From UHGV virus genome UHGV-2198042: a DNA stretch of 18,814 nucleotides. One strand, written 5' to 3'. Origin of the DNA: a virus. The notes below the pieces were generated by a model. That model did not search any database. It had not been told where the DNA came from and saw nothing but the letters and a program-made list of their open reading frames with translations. Positions 7,946-16,524 of this stretch are shown here, one piece after another (the stretch's first letter is position 1; each line of letters opens with the position of its first letter). The position numbers and the translations under genes were made by a program.

Positions 7946-8548
7946 TCATCCCCCGAATGCTGATGTAACGCTTCCGCCCAGCTGGCTCAGCAAGGATTCG
8001 TTTGGCGGTGTAGTGGATTTCATCCCGGAATTCTGCACCGCCGATGTGCTGACGCCATCCTGCATATCTGATTTATCTGCAACGCTAACGCTCTGCGTCT
8101 GCGACATGATCACTTCACGCAGGGTAAGCGTGCAGTTCAGCACGTTCTCGCTGGTTTTATCCGTTGTCACCTCGATGGCTCGCACCAGCATATTGCTGTA
8201 AACCCGCTTTCCGGTCACTACATCGAACGGCACCCGAGAGGACTGGAGATCCAGTAGTTGCTGATAGGTCTCTTTCGGGCTAAGTCCGGCGCTGAGGCCG
8301 ATTGACGATGTATCAATGAAGTCCAGCAACGAACCGCCACCTGCGAAGCCGCATTCCATCGTGACTTCGCTGGGGCGCTTATACGCATGATCGGCGATGA
8401 AACCCGACGCGCTATTCGTTGTTGGCTTCTCCACCGGGTGCTCAGTAATTTCGAGCGCATCAGAATGCTTTTCGGAAACGACCACGCTGGGGATCAGCAG
8501 GCCAATTCGCCGGGATTGCTGGCGAAAAATCGCTGATAAAATATCCAT
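7946..8548 (-). CDS. tail protein of unknown function
   Basis: 200 aa ORF immediately downstream of the tape-measure gene; family not recognised. Confidence 0.45.
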   Translation of the reverse strand: MDILSAIFRQQSRRIGLLIPSVVVSEKHSDALEITEHPVEKPTTNSASGFIADHAYKRPSEVTMECGFAGGGSLLDFIDTSSIGLSAGLSPKETYQQLLDLQSSRVPFDVVTGKRVYSNMLVRAIEVTTDKTSENVLNCTLTLREVIMSQTQSVSVADKSDMQDGVSTSAVQNSGMKSTTPPNESLLSQLGGSVTSAFGG

Positions 8549-10185
8549 TATCTCGGTCCTGCGGGGAGTTGCTGGGTTAACTGTGAATTCACGCCCTTTT
8601 GACGGTCAACAGTCAAACGGGCAGCCTCGCGCGGATCGGAAACGCCGTGGATGTTAATGTTCGTTTCCTGCTGAATCACCGGGGCGCTGGTGGGCATATT
8701 GCTCATCACTTTCGGAATGTAGTTGCGCGTTTCCTGCGGCATTAGCCCCATTCCATAACGCTTAACATTCCCGATCCCCCAGTTATATGATGCCAGTGCT
8801 TTGCTAAGGTCTCCGCCGTTCTGCCGCAACAGCTGGCTGAGGTACTTAGCGGCTGCCTGAGCTGACTTTTCCGGGTCGAATACATCATTCCCACGCAGGC
8901 CCATGTCGCGCGCCGTGCCATCCATAAACTGAAACAGTCCTTTCGCGCCTGCGCCGGATATGGCGAACTGGTTACCACCCGACTCGGTGATCGCCACGCT
9001 TTTCAACAGGCCAGCTGGCAGCTGATAAAGCGACTCCAGTTTATTGAACATTGGCCCCATCCAGTCGAGCAATACCTTGCCCTGGGCCGTCGCCTGAGGT
9101 CGCTTAACCGACTGCGCTCGCTGCTCCGGCTCCAGTCCCATCTCCTGAATTTTTCGCTGGATTTGCTCATCAGTGAAAAAGTCTTTGCCGGGATTTTCCT
9201 TTCTCAGCGCCTCATATGCCTGCTGCCTTTCAGGTACGATATTGCTGCCTATACCGCCAATCGACGCCATTTCTTCACTGGTGGTCGGCGTATTGTTGGC
9301 AGGAATGAACATAAGCAACCATGGATTCTTGATTGCCAGCTGTGCGATCCCCTGCGCCAGCTTACCCAGCCCACCAATAGAGCCGCCAATTGCCTTACCA
9401 AGCCCCATAAATCCGGCGACAAGTCGCCCGATGCCAGTGAGCATGGAGACCAGCTTCGCACCAGCCAGAAAGCCAAACAGGATGGTGAGCGTATTTTTCC
9501 AGCCGCCGAGGTTGTCCTTGAGCTCCAGAAACTTATCGCGCAGCCACTTGAACACCTTCTTTGCCTGCTCAATTTCTGGCTGCCATTTGGACCAGTCAAT
9601 CAGGCTTTTACCGCCCTCTTTCCACGTCTGGTAATCGTCGTACAGCAATCCGATCGCCAGAATCAGTGTGGTGATAATTCCAATCGGGGATTTCAGGAAC
9701 GCAGAATTAAGCAGACGCCATGCGACCAGTAGAGCACCGAATATTTTCAGCAGATTTTTACTGCCATCGTCAAGACGCTTCCACCAGTCGATGACAGAGC
9801 CAGCGCCCTGTATCAGCCGCCACGCCATTCTCGTGAATGCGTTCGCAAGCCAGATCACGCCTTTAATAACTCTGGTCAGCGTCTCTTCAATCTTCGGGAA
9901 ATTGTCGAGGATGCGCCGCCGCAGGCTGTCCAGCGAACCAGCCAGGCCACCAGCGAGGTTTGAGCCGATCTTGTCCCGCATGATGCCGAACAGCGACGTA
10001 AGCCCGCGCATGGACGTCATGAATTTGTTGGACTGAACAGCCGCTTTATCAGCGTTGAACCCTGTCTTTTGCAGCATCGACTGGTAATCGGCGGTAAAGC
10101 CATTCATGCCGCGCCGCATCGCCATCAGCGTGTTTTCATCGATGCCAAGCATCTGCGCGTATTGTTTCGCGCGGTAATACGGCAT
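8548..10185 (-). CDS. tail tape-measure-like protein with C-terminal lytic transglycosylase (SLT) domain
   Basis: 545 aa; several Gly/Ala-rich hydrophobic segments; C-terminal ESGGNQFAISGAGAKGLFQFMDGTA...ASYNWG resembles SLT-family transglycosylase motifs; position before the baseplate genes. Confidence 0.65.
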   Translation of the reverse strand: MPYYRAKQYAQMLGIDENTLMAMRRGMNGFTADYQSMLQKTGFNADKAAVQSNKFMTSMRGLTSLFGIMRDKIGSNLAGGLAGSLDSLRRRILDNFPKIEETLTRVIKGVIWLANAFTRMAWRLIQGAGSVIDWWKRLDDGSKNLLKIFGALLVAWRLLNSAFLKSPIGIITTLILAIGLLYDDYQTWKEGGKSLIDWSKWQPEIEQAKKVFKWLRDKFLELKDNLGGWKNTLTILFGFLAGAKLVSMLTGIGRLVAGFMGLGKAIGGSIGGLGKLAQGIAQLAIKNPWLLMFIPANNTPTTSEEMASIGGIGSNIVPERQQAYEALRKENPGKDFFTDEQIQRKIQEMGLEPEQRAQSVKRPQATAQGKVLLDWMGPMFNKLESLYQLPAGLLKSVAITESGGNQFAISGAGAKGLFQFMDGTARDMGLRGNDVFDPEKSAQAAAKYLSQLLRQNGGDLSKALASYNWGIGNVKRYGMGLMPQETRNYIPKVMSNMPTSAPVIQQETNINIHGVSDPREAARLTVDRQKGVNSQLTQQLPAGPR

Positions 10186-10291
10186 GTTGTTGAGCTTTTG
10201 CCCAACCCGCCCTGATAGCTGCCTGTGTGGCGTTTAAATCTTTCAGGTACTCACGGGCAAACAGCTCTTGTTTGTCGGTGAGCTTTGCCAT
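10136..10291 (-). pseudogene. terminase small subunit N-terminal stub
   Basis: 51-codon frame MAKLTDKQELFAREYLKDLNATQAAIRAGW... matches the conserved terS N-terminal HTH motif, then loses similarity and stops; overlaps the tape-measure start in another frame; GGAG RBS upstream. Confidence 0.5.
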
Positions 10292-10531
10292 TGTTGGCTC
10301 CGTTTATCCGTTAAAAGGGATATCAGTTAAGTTATCCCGTGCAGGGTATAAGCCATTGTCGAGACCACTCATTGAATGGCCTCTGCAATAACCGATGTCT
10401 TTCCATCAGCCCGCCACCACAAAGAATCTTTTTTGCCATAAGGCTGGAGGTTCATCTTTCAGTGGCTGCCAGTGTTATTTCCCCACTTACTGGCTTGGGT
10501 TGCTTCGTGGTACTGCCGTAACTGGTGGTGC

Positions 10532-10551
10532 ACAGATTTAGTTAAATCTGT
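10532..10551. promoter_or_regulatory. perfect 9-bp-arm palindrome acagattta-gt-taaatctgt
   Basis: Seen directly in the roughly 350-bp noncoding region between the 85-aa ORF and the terS stub. Confidence 0.25.
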
Positions 10552-10643
10552 TCTCGCCTGAACTATCTTTTACATACCCGGATTGTGGGGATGTAAATCA
10601 CGGTTTCATTATCAAGCCCACCCGTAGATGGGCTTTGTAATGG

Positions 10644-10901
10644 CTACTTCGCTTTTGCTTCCGCTCGCTTACGCCGGCGCTCTTCTTTCCTCTCGGCTTT
10701 TGCCATGTCCATGAATGCCTGCATGATCGAGTTCCGCATCATGTAGCTAACAAAGTGATGATTGACACAGCCGTTGAGGCGCAGCTGCTCGCCAAACTCA
10801 TCCACCGAGGCCAATGCTTCCCTCATGCCCTTCTCGCCTTTCATGAACTCTGAGAAGTCGCGCCCCGCTCTGGAGGCGCATTCAATGACACGATCACTCA
10901 T
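10644..10901 (-). CDS. hypothetical protein with basic C-terminal tail
   Basis: 85 aa ORF whose start overlaps the KilA-N gene stop (ATGA); C-terminus AKAERKEERRRKRAEAKAK; hairpin after the stop. Confidence 0.45.
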   Translation of the reverse strand: MSDRVIECASRAGRDFSEFMKGEKGMREALASVDEFGEQLRLNGCVNHHFVSYMMRNSIMQAFMDMAKAERKEERRRKRAEAKAK

Positions 10902-11395
10902 CCCGGAAGCCCGGGGATCGTAATCTGCAGCTGGTTAGCCAGGGAGTTAATCTCAGCGACCAACACTGGCTTCGTATAGCGCCATGCTGCCAGCCCTTGT
11001 CCGCAGAAGCTCGCCATGTCTTTCTTCTGGTCAAACTCATGACATTTCATGTTGAGCTGCGCACTTAAGCTGTTGCGATGCTGAAGTTCTCCGGTGAAGT
11101 AGTCATCGAGGACTTTATAGGCCGCGTACTTGAACCCGGGGTTTAACCAAGCCGCATAATCGTAAGCAACAAACTTCCCGCCATATGTTCCACCGTGTAC
11201 ACCGCGCTCAGTAAAAACCACAGATTCGTGGTTTTTCTCCAGCTCGGCTAAGAACTCTTTGGTCTGCTTGTTTCGCAGGTAGTGGTAAGGCGATTCAGAT
11301 TCACTTTTACCACTAGCTTTCCACATATCAGTGAGGCAGATCATGCCATCTTCACCGATACGAATTGGTTGATTGAAGAGGGTTAATGATTTCAT
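10898..11395 (-). CDS. KilA-N domain protein
   Basis: 165 aa; N-terminal LTLFNQPIRIGEDGMICLTDMWKASGK...YHYLRNKQTKEFLAELE fits the KilA-N DNA-binding fold pattern from memory. Confidence 0.55.
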   Translation of the reverse strand: MKSLTLFNQPIRIGEDGMICLTDMWKASGKSESESPYHYLRNKQTKEFLAELEKNHESVVFTERGVHGGTYGGKFVAYDYAAWLNPGFKYAAYKVLDDYFTGELQHRNSLSAQLNMKCHEFDQKKDMASFCGQGLAAWRYTKPVLVAEINSLANQLQITIPGLPG

Positions 11396-11509
11396 AGCGT
11401 GTACCTACTCTTTGAAATGAACCTTTGCCGCACAGGAAACCAGCCCACCGAGGCTCGCCAGCACTAACTGGTATCCTCAAAGGCCCATTCCAAAGGGGCA
11501 GGTTCGGTG

Positions 11510-11566
11510 TAAAAAACATGCGTTGCGGTACGCATTTATTGCAAAAAGCCCCGCATCGCGAGGCTC
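11510..11566 (-). terminator. tandem intrinsic terminators downstream of Rz
   Basis: Minus strand: agcctcgc-gat-gcggggct + ttttt, then atgcgt-accgca-acgcat + gtttttt. Confidence 0.5.
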
Positions 11567-11596
11567 ATTAAATGGACTTTGTGATTTGCAAAAAAA

Positions 11597-12064
11597 TTAT
11601 TTCAGGCATTGCGTCCTGATGTATTCCTGCAGGTAGTTAACCTGCGCGGTTATCTTGTCGATTCCACTTCGTAGACGGTAATAATTGAGTTCAGCATCTG
11701 CTGTAAGTCTTGGGCTTTCTCCATCGCCCATGCTGCTGGCTCCGGTCGTTGACTTTGCACAGGTGGCGGCGACTTGCAGGCGCTTACGGCCAGCAATGAC
11801 ATCGCTATGCAGACGCTCAATGGTTTCTTTCGCATCAGCCAGTTCTCCGGTGTATTTGGCATCCAGTGCAGCGACATCACGCTGGCGGGTCTGCATGTCT
11901 TTAATGGTGGCGGTCGCCAGGAGGAGTTTCTCAGTGGCCTTATCGCGCTGGTCTCTGTAAGTGATGGCGTTGTCGCGGTAGTGGTTCACGAAGAAAGCCA
12001 GTGCGCCGATTAACGCCAGCACCAGCAACTGCAGCCAGTAACGCTTAACCAGTGCGCTAATCAT
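11597..12064 (-). CDS. Rz: i-spanin Rz
   Basis: 155 aa; N-terminal TM helix then ...[18 protein letters not shown]...[20 protein letters not shown] closely resembles lambda Rz; start overlaps R stop. Confidence 0.85.
   Translation of the reverse strand: MISALVKRYWLQLLVLALIGALAFFVNHYRDNAITYRDQRDKATEKLLLATATIKDMQTRQRDVAALDAKYTGELADAKETIERLHSDVIAGRKRLQVAATCAKSTTGASSMGDGESPRLTADAELNYYRLRSGIDKITAQVNYLQEYIRTQCLK
11650..11835 (-). CDS. Rz1: o-spanin Rz1 (embedded in Rz, +1 frame)
   Basis: Internal start [20 protein letters not shown] with a lipobox (LAVSAC) and Pro-rich mature region, fully nested in Rz as in lambda. Confidence 0.7.
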   Translation of the reverse strand: MRKKPLSVCIAMSLLAVSACKSPPPVQSQRPEPAAWAMEKAQDLQQMLNSIITVYEVESTR

Positions 12065-12510
12065 GACAGGAACAGAGCTCGCTCTGCCTTGCGGCGATTC
12101 GTGAGCCCCGGCATCACCTTTCCGCCTGATTTATTCCAGCGCAGAAATTCATCTGCCGCGCCTTTTATATCGCCAGCATTCAGCTTTTTCAGCAGTGTAG
12201 ATGTGGAAAGAGCACGCGACCCAACGTTGTAAGCGAACGACACCAGTGCGTCGAACTGGCCTTGTGTCAGCTTCACCCTGACAACTTTCAGCACGTCATT
12301 CTCATAACCAACAAGCCCTGTTTTCAGAAGCCTGTCAGCGGTTTGCTGGTCGATAGTCATACCGCGCTTTACTGGCTTTCCGTCAACCGGATGGGTCCAG
12401 CCATAGCCGATGGTCCACGGCGCATCTCCCGTTCCGGGGTCGGGGTAAGCAGTCAGCCGACAACCTTCAAATTTTTTTATCAGAGCAATTCCGTCAGGAC
12501 TGGTTTGCAT
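12061..12510 (-). CDS. R: endolysin, T4/P22-type lysozyme (GH24)
   Basis: From internal Met [16 protein letters not shown]... about 149 aa; ...[14 protein letters not shown]...[11 protein letters not shown] matches the P22 gp19-type lysozyme from memory; the ORF-track N-terminal extension overlaps the holin gene. Confidence 0.85.
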   Translation of the reverse strand: MQTSPDGIALIKKFEGCRLTAYPDPGTGDAPWTIGYGWTHPVDGKPVKRGMTIDQQTADRLLKTGLVGYENDVLKVVRVKLTQGQFDALVSFAYNVGSRALSTSTLLKKLNAGDIKGAADEFLRWNKSGGKVMPGLTNRRKAERALFLS

Positions 12511-12817
12511 CGTCAACTCCCGCCTTTTTTGCTGCAAGTTTTTTAATAAGATTGCCGATCGAATCGGTGCCGATGTATCCAATAAAGACGCTGGCTATGT
12601 AGGCGAGGTTGCTGCTCAGGCCGATAAAGTCCAGAAGGTCACGAACGAACCAGGCAATCATCGCGCACATCAGCGCATCAATTAGCGTTTTTGTTACCGC
12701 GCCGCCGTTATAGCGACCACGCAGATACGCCATGATAAAAGCCAGCATTGCACCAATACCCTGCTCCTTGGCGGCAAGTAGCGCAGCGATGAAATCTTGT
12801 TTGTATGGCATTTTCAT
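12494..12817 (-). CDS. S: class I holin, lambda S-like (dual-start MKM)
   Basis: [39 protein letters not shown]... is near-identical in pattern to lambda S; GGAGG RBS; the ORF-track upstream start (12826) is probably not used. Confidence 0.85.
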   Translation of the reverse strand: MKMPYKQDFIAALLAAKEQGIGAMLAFIMAYLRGRYNGGAVTKTLIDALMCAMIAWFVRDLLDFIGLSSNLAYIASVFIGYIGTDSIGNLIKKLAAKKAGVDDANQS

Positions 12818-13025
12818 AGGCCTCACCTCCGATTTTCCGGATGGTGCTGTGTGTGTGTTTGAAAAGGGTCAGGCTTCACGGGCTGGATTTATCAACAAAG
12901 CACGTAGCGGATGATTCCCGTGAGCCTGAAATTGATGAATATGTCTGAAATAACTAGACCATTAGTAAAACAACTCGATAAATGTGGTTAAATGAGACTA
13001 CGTTCTCACAACTTAATTAGTACCA

Positions 13026-13196
13026 ATGATTATCAAGCCCTGCCCCTACTGCGGAAAGTTAATTAACCCAGAATCACTTGTGTGTAGCCACTGCCGGATA
13101 GTGAATCCTTTTGTGAAGGCCAGCAGAAGAGAAAAAGCGAAGAATGTATTAGTAATCGCTCTCGTTGCTGCTTTTTTAATTTGGATGATTCTCTGA
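13026..13196 (+). CDS. small zinc-ribbon protein with C-terminal TM helix
   Basis: 56 aa below the ORF-track cutoff: MIIKPCPYCGKLINPESLVCSHCRIVNPFVKASRREKAKNVLVIALVAAFLIWMIL; CxxC...CxxC plus hydrophobic tail; no strong SD. Confidence 0.4.
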   Translation: MIIKPCPYCGKLINPESLVCSHCRIVNPFVKASRREKAKNVLVIALVAAFLIWMIL

Positions 13197-13633
13197 GTTG
13201 CCAGTTTTCAATGAAGATAATGCGGGCAAAAAAAGCCTGCTCGGACGAACAGGCATGAAAAATAACAATACCGTCAAGGAGGTGGCGCCGGGTGCCTCCC
13301 GGTGGAACAGCCCCAGCCGACTAGTTCCGCGCAAACAAACCTGGACAAAAAAGTTTGACTGGACGCCCCGCCGCATAGGGGGATTCACCACGAACCAAAA
13401 GATAAAATCATCCGGTGACCGGGGCAATATCTAACCGGAACTTTTCAGAATCACTTATTGTTTCCTGGAGAGTACATGAGCGTTGGTGAATTCACGTGAT
13501 GCTTTTGGATGAGCGCTGAACCCAAAGGTCAGTATTTTCACACAGCAATTTTGCAAAAAGCAGCGCCCATTCAAAACCAGGTCGCTTTCCAGTCACTCCG
13601 GGGAACCCATCATCGCAGACTGGAAAGCTTTTA

Positions 13634-13662
13634 CTGGAGCGGGCAAAGGAATCGAACCTCTG
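13634..13662 (-). tRNA. tRNA-like 3' fragment (T-arm plus acceptor-3', tRNA-Gly-like)
   Basis: Minus strand reads ...agaggTTCGATTcctttgcccgctCCA, resembling the 3' end of E. coli tRNA-Gly; no complementary 5' acceptor strand found upstream, so likely a relic. Confidence 0.3.
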
Positions 13663-13671
13663 ACGCGCAGC

Positions 13672-13926
13672 TTATTTCCAGCTTTCGCCATTTAAGGCTG
13701 AAAGCACTGTTTGATGTGTTACACCAAACATTCTCCCTAGCCCTCTGGCTCCATAAACCTTATGTCGTGGAATGTAGTTTTCTCTGATGAACTGGACGCT
13801 GTCCATTGTTAGCTTGCTCATACCATTCAGCTCACCAGCTACTAAGTAGCTAAGGTCAAATTTGGTTTTCTGAATGTGGCATGCAGAACATAGTAGTTGG
13901 CACTTTTCAACCTCAGCATAAAACAC
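13672..13926 (-). pseudogene. HNH endonuclease C-terminal fragment with HTH
   Basis: 84 aa starting at GTG directly after an in-frame TAG; contains CQLLCSACH (zinc-binding half of an HNH motif) and an HTH-like segment, but lacks the N-terminal catalytic part. Confidence 0.4.
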
Positions 13927-14133
13927 CTAATCTGAGTGATAGTGCATCTCGCTTACATTTGCTGATTTGGTGGAAGGGTCTATGTGGTCAAACTGAAGCG
14001 AATATTCGGATCCGCAACTCGCGCAACGACCACCCAACTTTTCCACGGTCTTAGCAAGCCTAGCCCTTCGATTAAGATAGTAATCTTTGCTCGGCATTTA
14101 CCACCTCTACCATTGGAGCTAAACCAGCATGTT

Positions 14134-14208
14134 TGGCGGGATAGCGTGGACTCGAACCACGATAAGAAGGTTAACAGCCTTCCGTAATGACCTTTATACG
14201 ACTGACCC
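14134..14208 (-). tRNA. tRNA-like element, anticodon GUU (Asn-like), probably degenerate
   Basis: 75 nt on minus strand: acceptor gggtcag, D-arm with A14 and GG, anticodon stem gaagg/ccttc with loop cuGUUaa, T-arm cgtgg-TTCGAGT-ccacg, 3' ctatccc-g-CCA; acceptor stem has 2 central mismatches. Confidence 0.35.
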
Positions 14209-14298
14209 AAATAAAAAAGCCACCGTTGCAACTTAAGAGTCACTAACGGCAGCTTATGCGAATAGTGTTGCTCATTTGCTCAATGATGTCAACACGTT

Positions 14299-14787
14299 CT
14301 ATGCTACATGTTTAATTTTCTCTACACGTTTCCGGTTTTTAAACGCACTATCCAGAACCGGGTAAATCATAAACAACGAGGCATTGAGGATTTCGTCAAC
14401 TTCCCGACGACAGGTTGCGAGCGATGGTTTTTGAATGCGCCCTCCGCCCCGGCATAACATCTTGCGAGGTCTTGCGACGCGATGATAGTAAGATGCAATG
14501 GCGTGCTTGGAAGATCCATGGGCGTAGTAGCTGAGGAGGATGCCAAAGGCTTTCTTGTCAATGTACATGACGGAATCGACGACCTGAGAAATCAACATTC
14601 CATCATCATCATTGCACATTGGCCTTGTCATAACTCTTCCCGGCTCTACGCTCTCCATGAACTTCGCTATTACGCTGCTCATGCGCTTTTCAAGACGACC
14701 TGAATAAACCCATGCCCCCCACAGTTCAAGCCAGCCATTCAGCCACTCGTGCTGCTCTTTGGTGAGGTTTAGTTCTCTTATGCCCAT
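14299..14787 (-). CDS. Q: late-gene antiterminator Q (non-lambda Q family)
   Basis: 162 aa ORF immediately downstream of ninH and upstream of the lysis cassette; several Cys/His; no similarity to lambda Q itself but the size fits small Q proteins (phage 21 type, from memory). Confidence 0.6.
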   Translation of the reverse strand: MGIRELNLTKEQHEWLNGWLELWGAWVYSGRLEKRMSSVIAKFMESVEPGRVMTRPMCNDDDGMLISQVVDSVMYIDKKAFGILLSYYAHGSSKHAIASYYHRVARPRKMLCRGGGRIQKPSLATCRREVDEILNASLFMIYPVLDSAFKNRKRVEKIKHVA

Positions 14788-14972
14788 CGTCTTCCCCTCT
14801 TGCCCTGTTTGACCATCAGGACGCCGTTAACTATTACGTGACGCTCGCCTTTGCTGTCTCGGTTGTACTTAAGCACTGTTCCTCTTGCGCAGGAAAGCAT
14901 CCTTGCCACTTCGGTCTGATTGCCTCGTGTCTGGATAAGAAGCTCTGGTATCGTTTGAATTGTGGCGTTCAT
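14778..14972 (-). CDS. ninH: NinH
   Basis: 64 aa; ...TIPELLIQTRGNQTEVARMLSCARGTVLKYNRD...HVIVNGVLMV closely matches lambda NinH as I recall it. Confidence 0.8.
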   Translation of the reverse strand: MNATIQTIPELLIQTRGNQTEVARMLSCARGTVLKYNRDSKGERHVIVNGVLMVKQGKRGRRWA

Positions 14973-15331
14973 ACGTTCTCCAGTTCGGTGATTTTTATTC
15001 CAAGCCGTCCGCCTGGTACTTTCACGCCACGAATTACGCGAATGTCATCGAATTGCTCGTCGTCTTCCGCAAATCCGGCGTGGATAAGGGAGTCGAGTAA
15101 ACCTTTCAGGATGTTGTCGAGGTCGCGGCGGCGGGAGTCTGGAACGTCTGCGATGACTTTGATGCGGAGTCGTGATTTGGTGAAAATGTCTAACTTAAGT
15201 TGGCGGATGATTTGCTGAACGTCTTTTCGGTATTTCTGGCCTTTATCGCTGATGTAGTATTGGCTTCCCCGTCTTCGCCAGTAGGTATTCACCGACGGCG
15301 GGTATGGAAGCACAAACTGATATTCGTTCAT
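14969..15331 (-). CDS. rusA: Holliday junction resolvase RusA
   Basis: 120 aa; LPYPPSVNTYWRRRG... and catalytic-region motif RRRDLDN match the RusA family. Confidence 0.85.
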   Translation of the reverse strand: MNEYQFVLPYPPSVNTYWRRRGSQYYISDKGQKYRKDVQQIIRQLKLDIFTKSRLRIKVIADVPDSRRRDLDNILKGLLDSLIHAGFAEDDEQFDDIRVIRGVKVPGGRLGIKITELENV

Positions 15332-15618
15332 GACTTAATCTTCCCCTCCTTCAGCAGTATCGCCTGCGTCCTGATCACGCCTTCGAGGTGGTAAAGCCTG
15401 GCGTCTTTGTTGTCGAGATTATGGGTGCGTCGGTCGATTTCATCGTGACACGCGCTACAAGCCCATGCGCCGATCAGGTCGTCAGGCTTCATTCCCGTTC
15501 CGCAAATTCCAGCCATCCGGTAATGTGCCAGAACTGTAGTTTCAGGGTTGCCATTGCATACGCCGTAAATACGTACCTGGCATTCTCTGCCGCGCGCTTC
15601 TTTGCGTAGGTTAGCCAT
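15328..15618 (-). CDS. YbcO-like DUF1364 protein (nin region)
   Basis: 96 aa; RKEARGRECQVRIYGVCNGNPETTVLAHYR...ACSACHDEIDRRTH resembles E. coli DLP12 YbcO from memory; start overlaps rusA. Confidence 0.65.
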   Translation of the reverse strand: MANLRKEARGRECQVRIYGVCNGNPETTVLAHYRMAGICGTGMKPDDLIGAWACSACHDEIDRRTHNLDNKDARLYHLEGVIRTQAILLKEGKIKS

Positions 15619-16340
15619 TAAGCAGCCTCTCCTGTTACTTTCAGCATTCCGTTATCGAGCAACTTTCTGGTCAGCCACTGTTGACCGCGCCCGGTGATTT
15701 TTGTGGTGAACGATATCTGTATTCCGTGATTTGTATTGACCGCTGTTTCTTTCACTGTGAAATAGCCGCGATCCATATATTCCTGCATTGGCACATTGCG
15801 CCGGGAACCTGAAGCAATAAGGATTTTGTGATCGCGCATCCACGCAAACAGTTTGTTTGGACCAATACCGACAACCTTTGCAAAGTTTCCAATCAAAATT
15901 CCGCTGGCCTCGCCAACGCGATCGGCAAACTCAACTTTAGGTGCGGCAATTGCGAGCTGGTTTTCCAGTTGCATTTTCTGCTCAGCAAGATCAGCAGCAA
16001 GGCGCAACGCTTCTGGTAGCGTTTTGGGGATATTAACCGCAGCTTCTTCAAGCTCTCGCCAGCGGTCAACAAGGCGAGCGGTGAATTCCGGCGACAACTG
16101 GGCAACAACGACAATACTGTCTCGCTTACCTTGTTCGCCTTCGAAGACGTAATGCTCGTACTGAACATTGAACCCTAAGTTATTGATTCTTTCGGAAACC
16201 TCAATTTGAGGAAGCCGGATAACACCATTTTTAGCCAGCGTTTCGATGGTACGTTTCACATTGTCATGACGCTTACCAACCAACTCAGCGATTTCAATGC
16301 TTGTCATTTTGATGGCATTGCCATTTATTAACTCATTCAT
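15618..16340 (-). CDS. Rha-family regulatory protein / antirepressor with KilAC C-terminal domain
   Basis: 240 aa; N-terminal MTSIEIAELVGKRHDNVKRTIETL (Rha-like), C-terminal ...FAKVVGIGPNKLFAWMRDHKIL...TTKITGRGQQWL (KilAC-like). Confidence 0.7.
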   Translation of the reverse strand: MNELINGNAIKMTSIEIAELVGKRHDNVKRTIETLAKNGVIRLPQIEVSERINNLGFNVQYEHYVFEGEQGKRDSIVVVAQLSPEFTARLVDRWRELEEAAVNIPKTLPEALRLAADLAEQKMQLENQLAIAAPKVEFADRVGEASGILIGNFAKVVGIGPNKLFAWMRDHKILIASGSRRNVPMQEYMDRGYFTVKETAVNTNHGIQISFTTKITGRGQQWLTRKLLDNGMLKVTGEAA

Positions 16341-16503
16341 CGTCTTCTTCCTCGTGCATCGAGCTATTCGGATCGCTCATCAGTTCTGCGCAGCAGTGCT
16401 CACACACGTGAACTTCCAGCACATGCAGCTTCTGACCGTAGTTAGCGCACGTTAAAGCTCGCTCGACACTTCCTTGTTCGTAACTTCGATTTTGGTCAAT
16501 CAC
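16333..16503 (-). CDS. ninF: NinF-like zinc-binding small protein
   Basis: 56 codons below the ORF-track cutoff, GTG start after a GAGGA RBS: ...SVERALTCANYGQKLHVLEVHVCEHCCAELMSDPNSSMHEEEDDE, near-identical in pattern to lambda NinF from memory; stop overlaps the Rha gene start. Confidence 0.6.
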   Translation of the reverse strand: MIDQNRSYEQGSVERALTCANYGQKLHVLEVHVCEHCCAELMSDPNSSMHEEEDDE

Positions 16504-16524
16504 CTTGTTTTCCTCGCACGTTCT

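Noticed and set aside
14134-14208. Calling a bona fide functional tRNA-Asn gene
   Set aside because: The acceptor stem has two adjacent central mismatches and one D-stem mismatch; without a covariance-model score I treat it as tRNA-like and possibly degenerate.
12827-14298. Shiga toxin or other classical virulence cargo between Q and S
   Set aside because: No ORF of suitable size or AB5-like features; the interval contains only a small zinc-ribbon ORF, an HNH fragment and tRNA-like relics.
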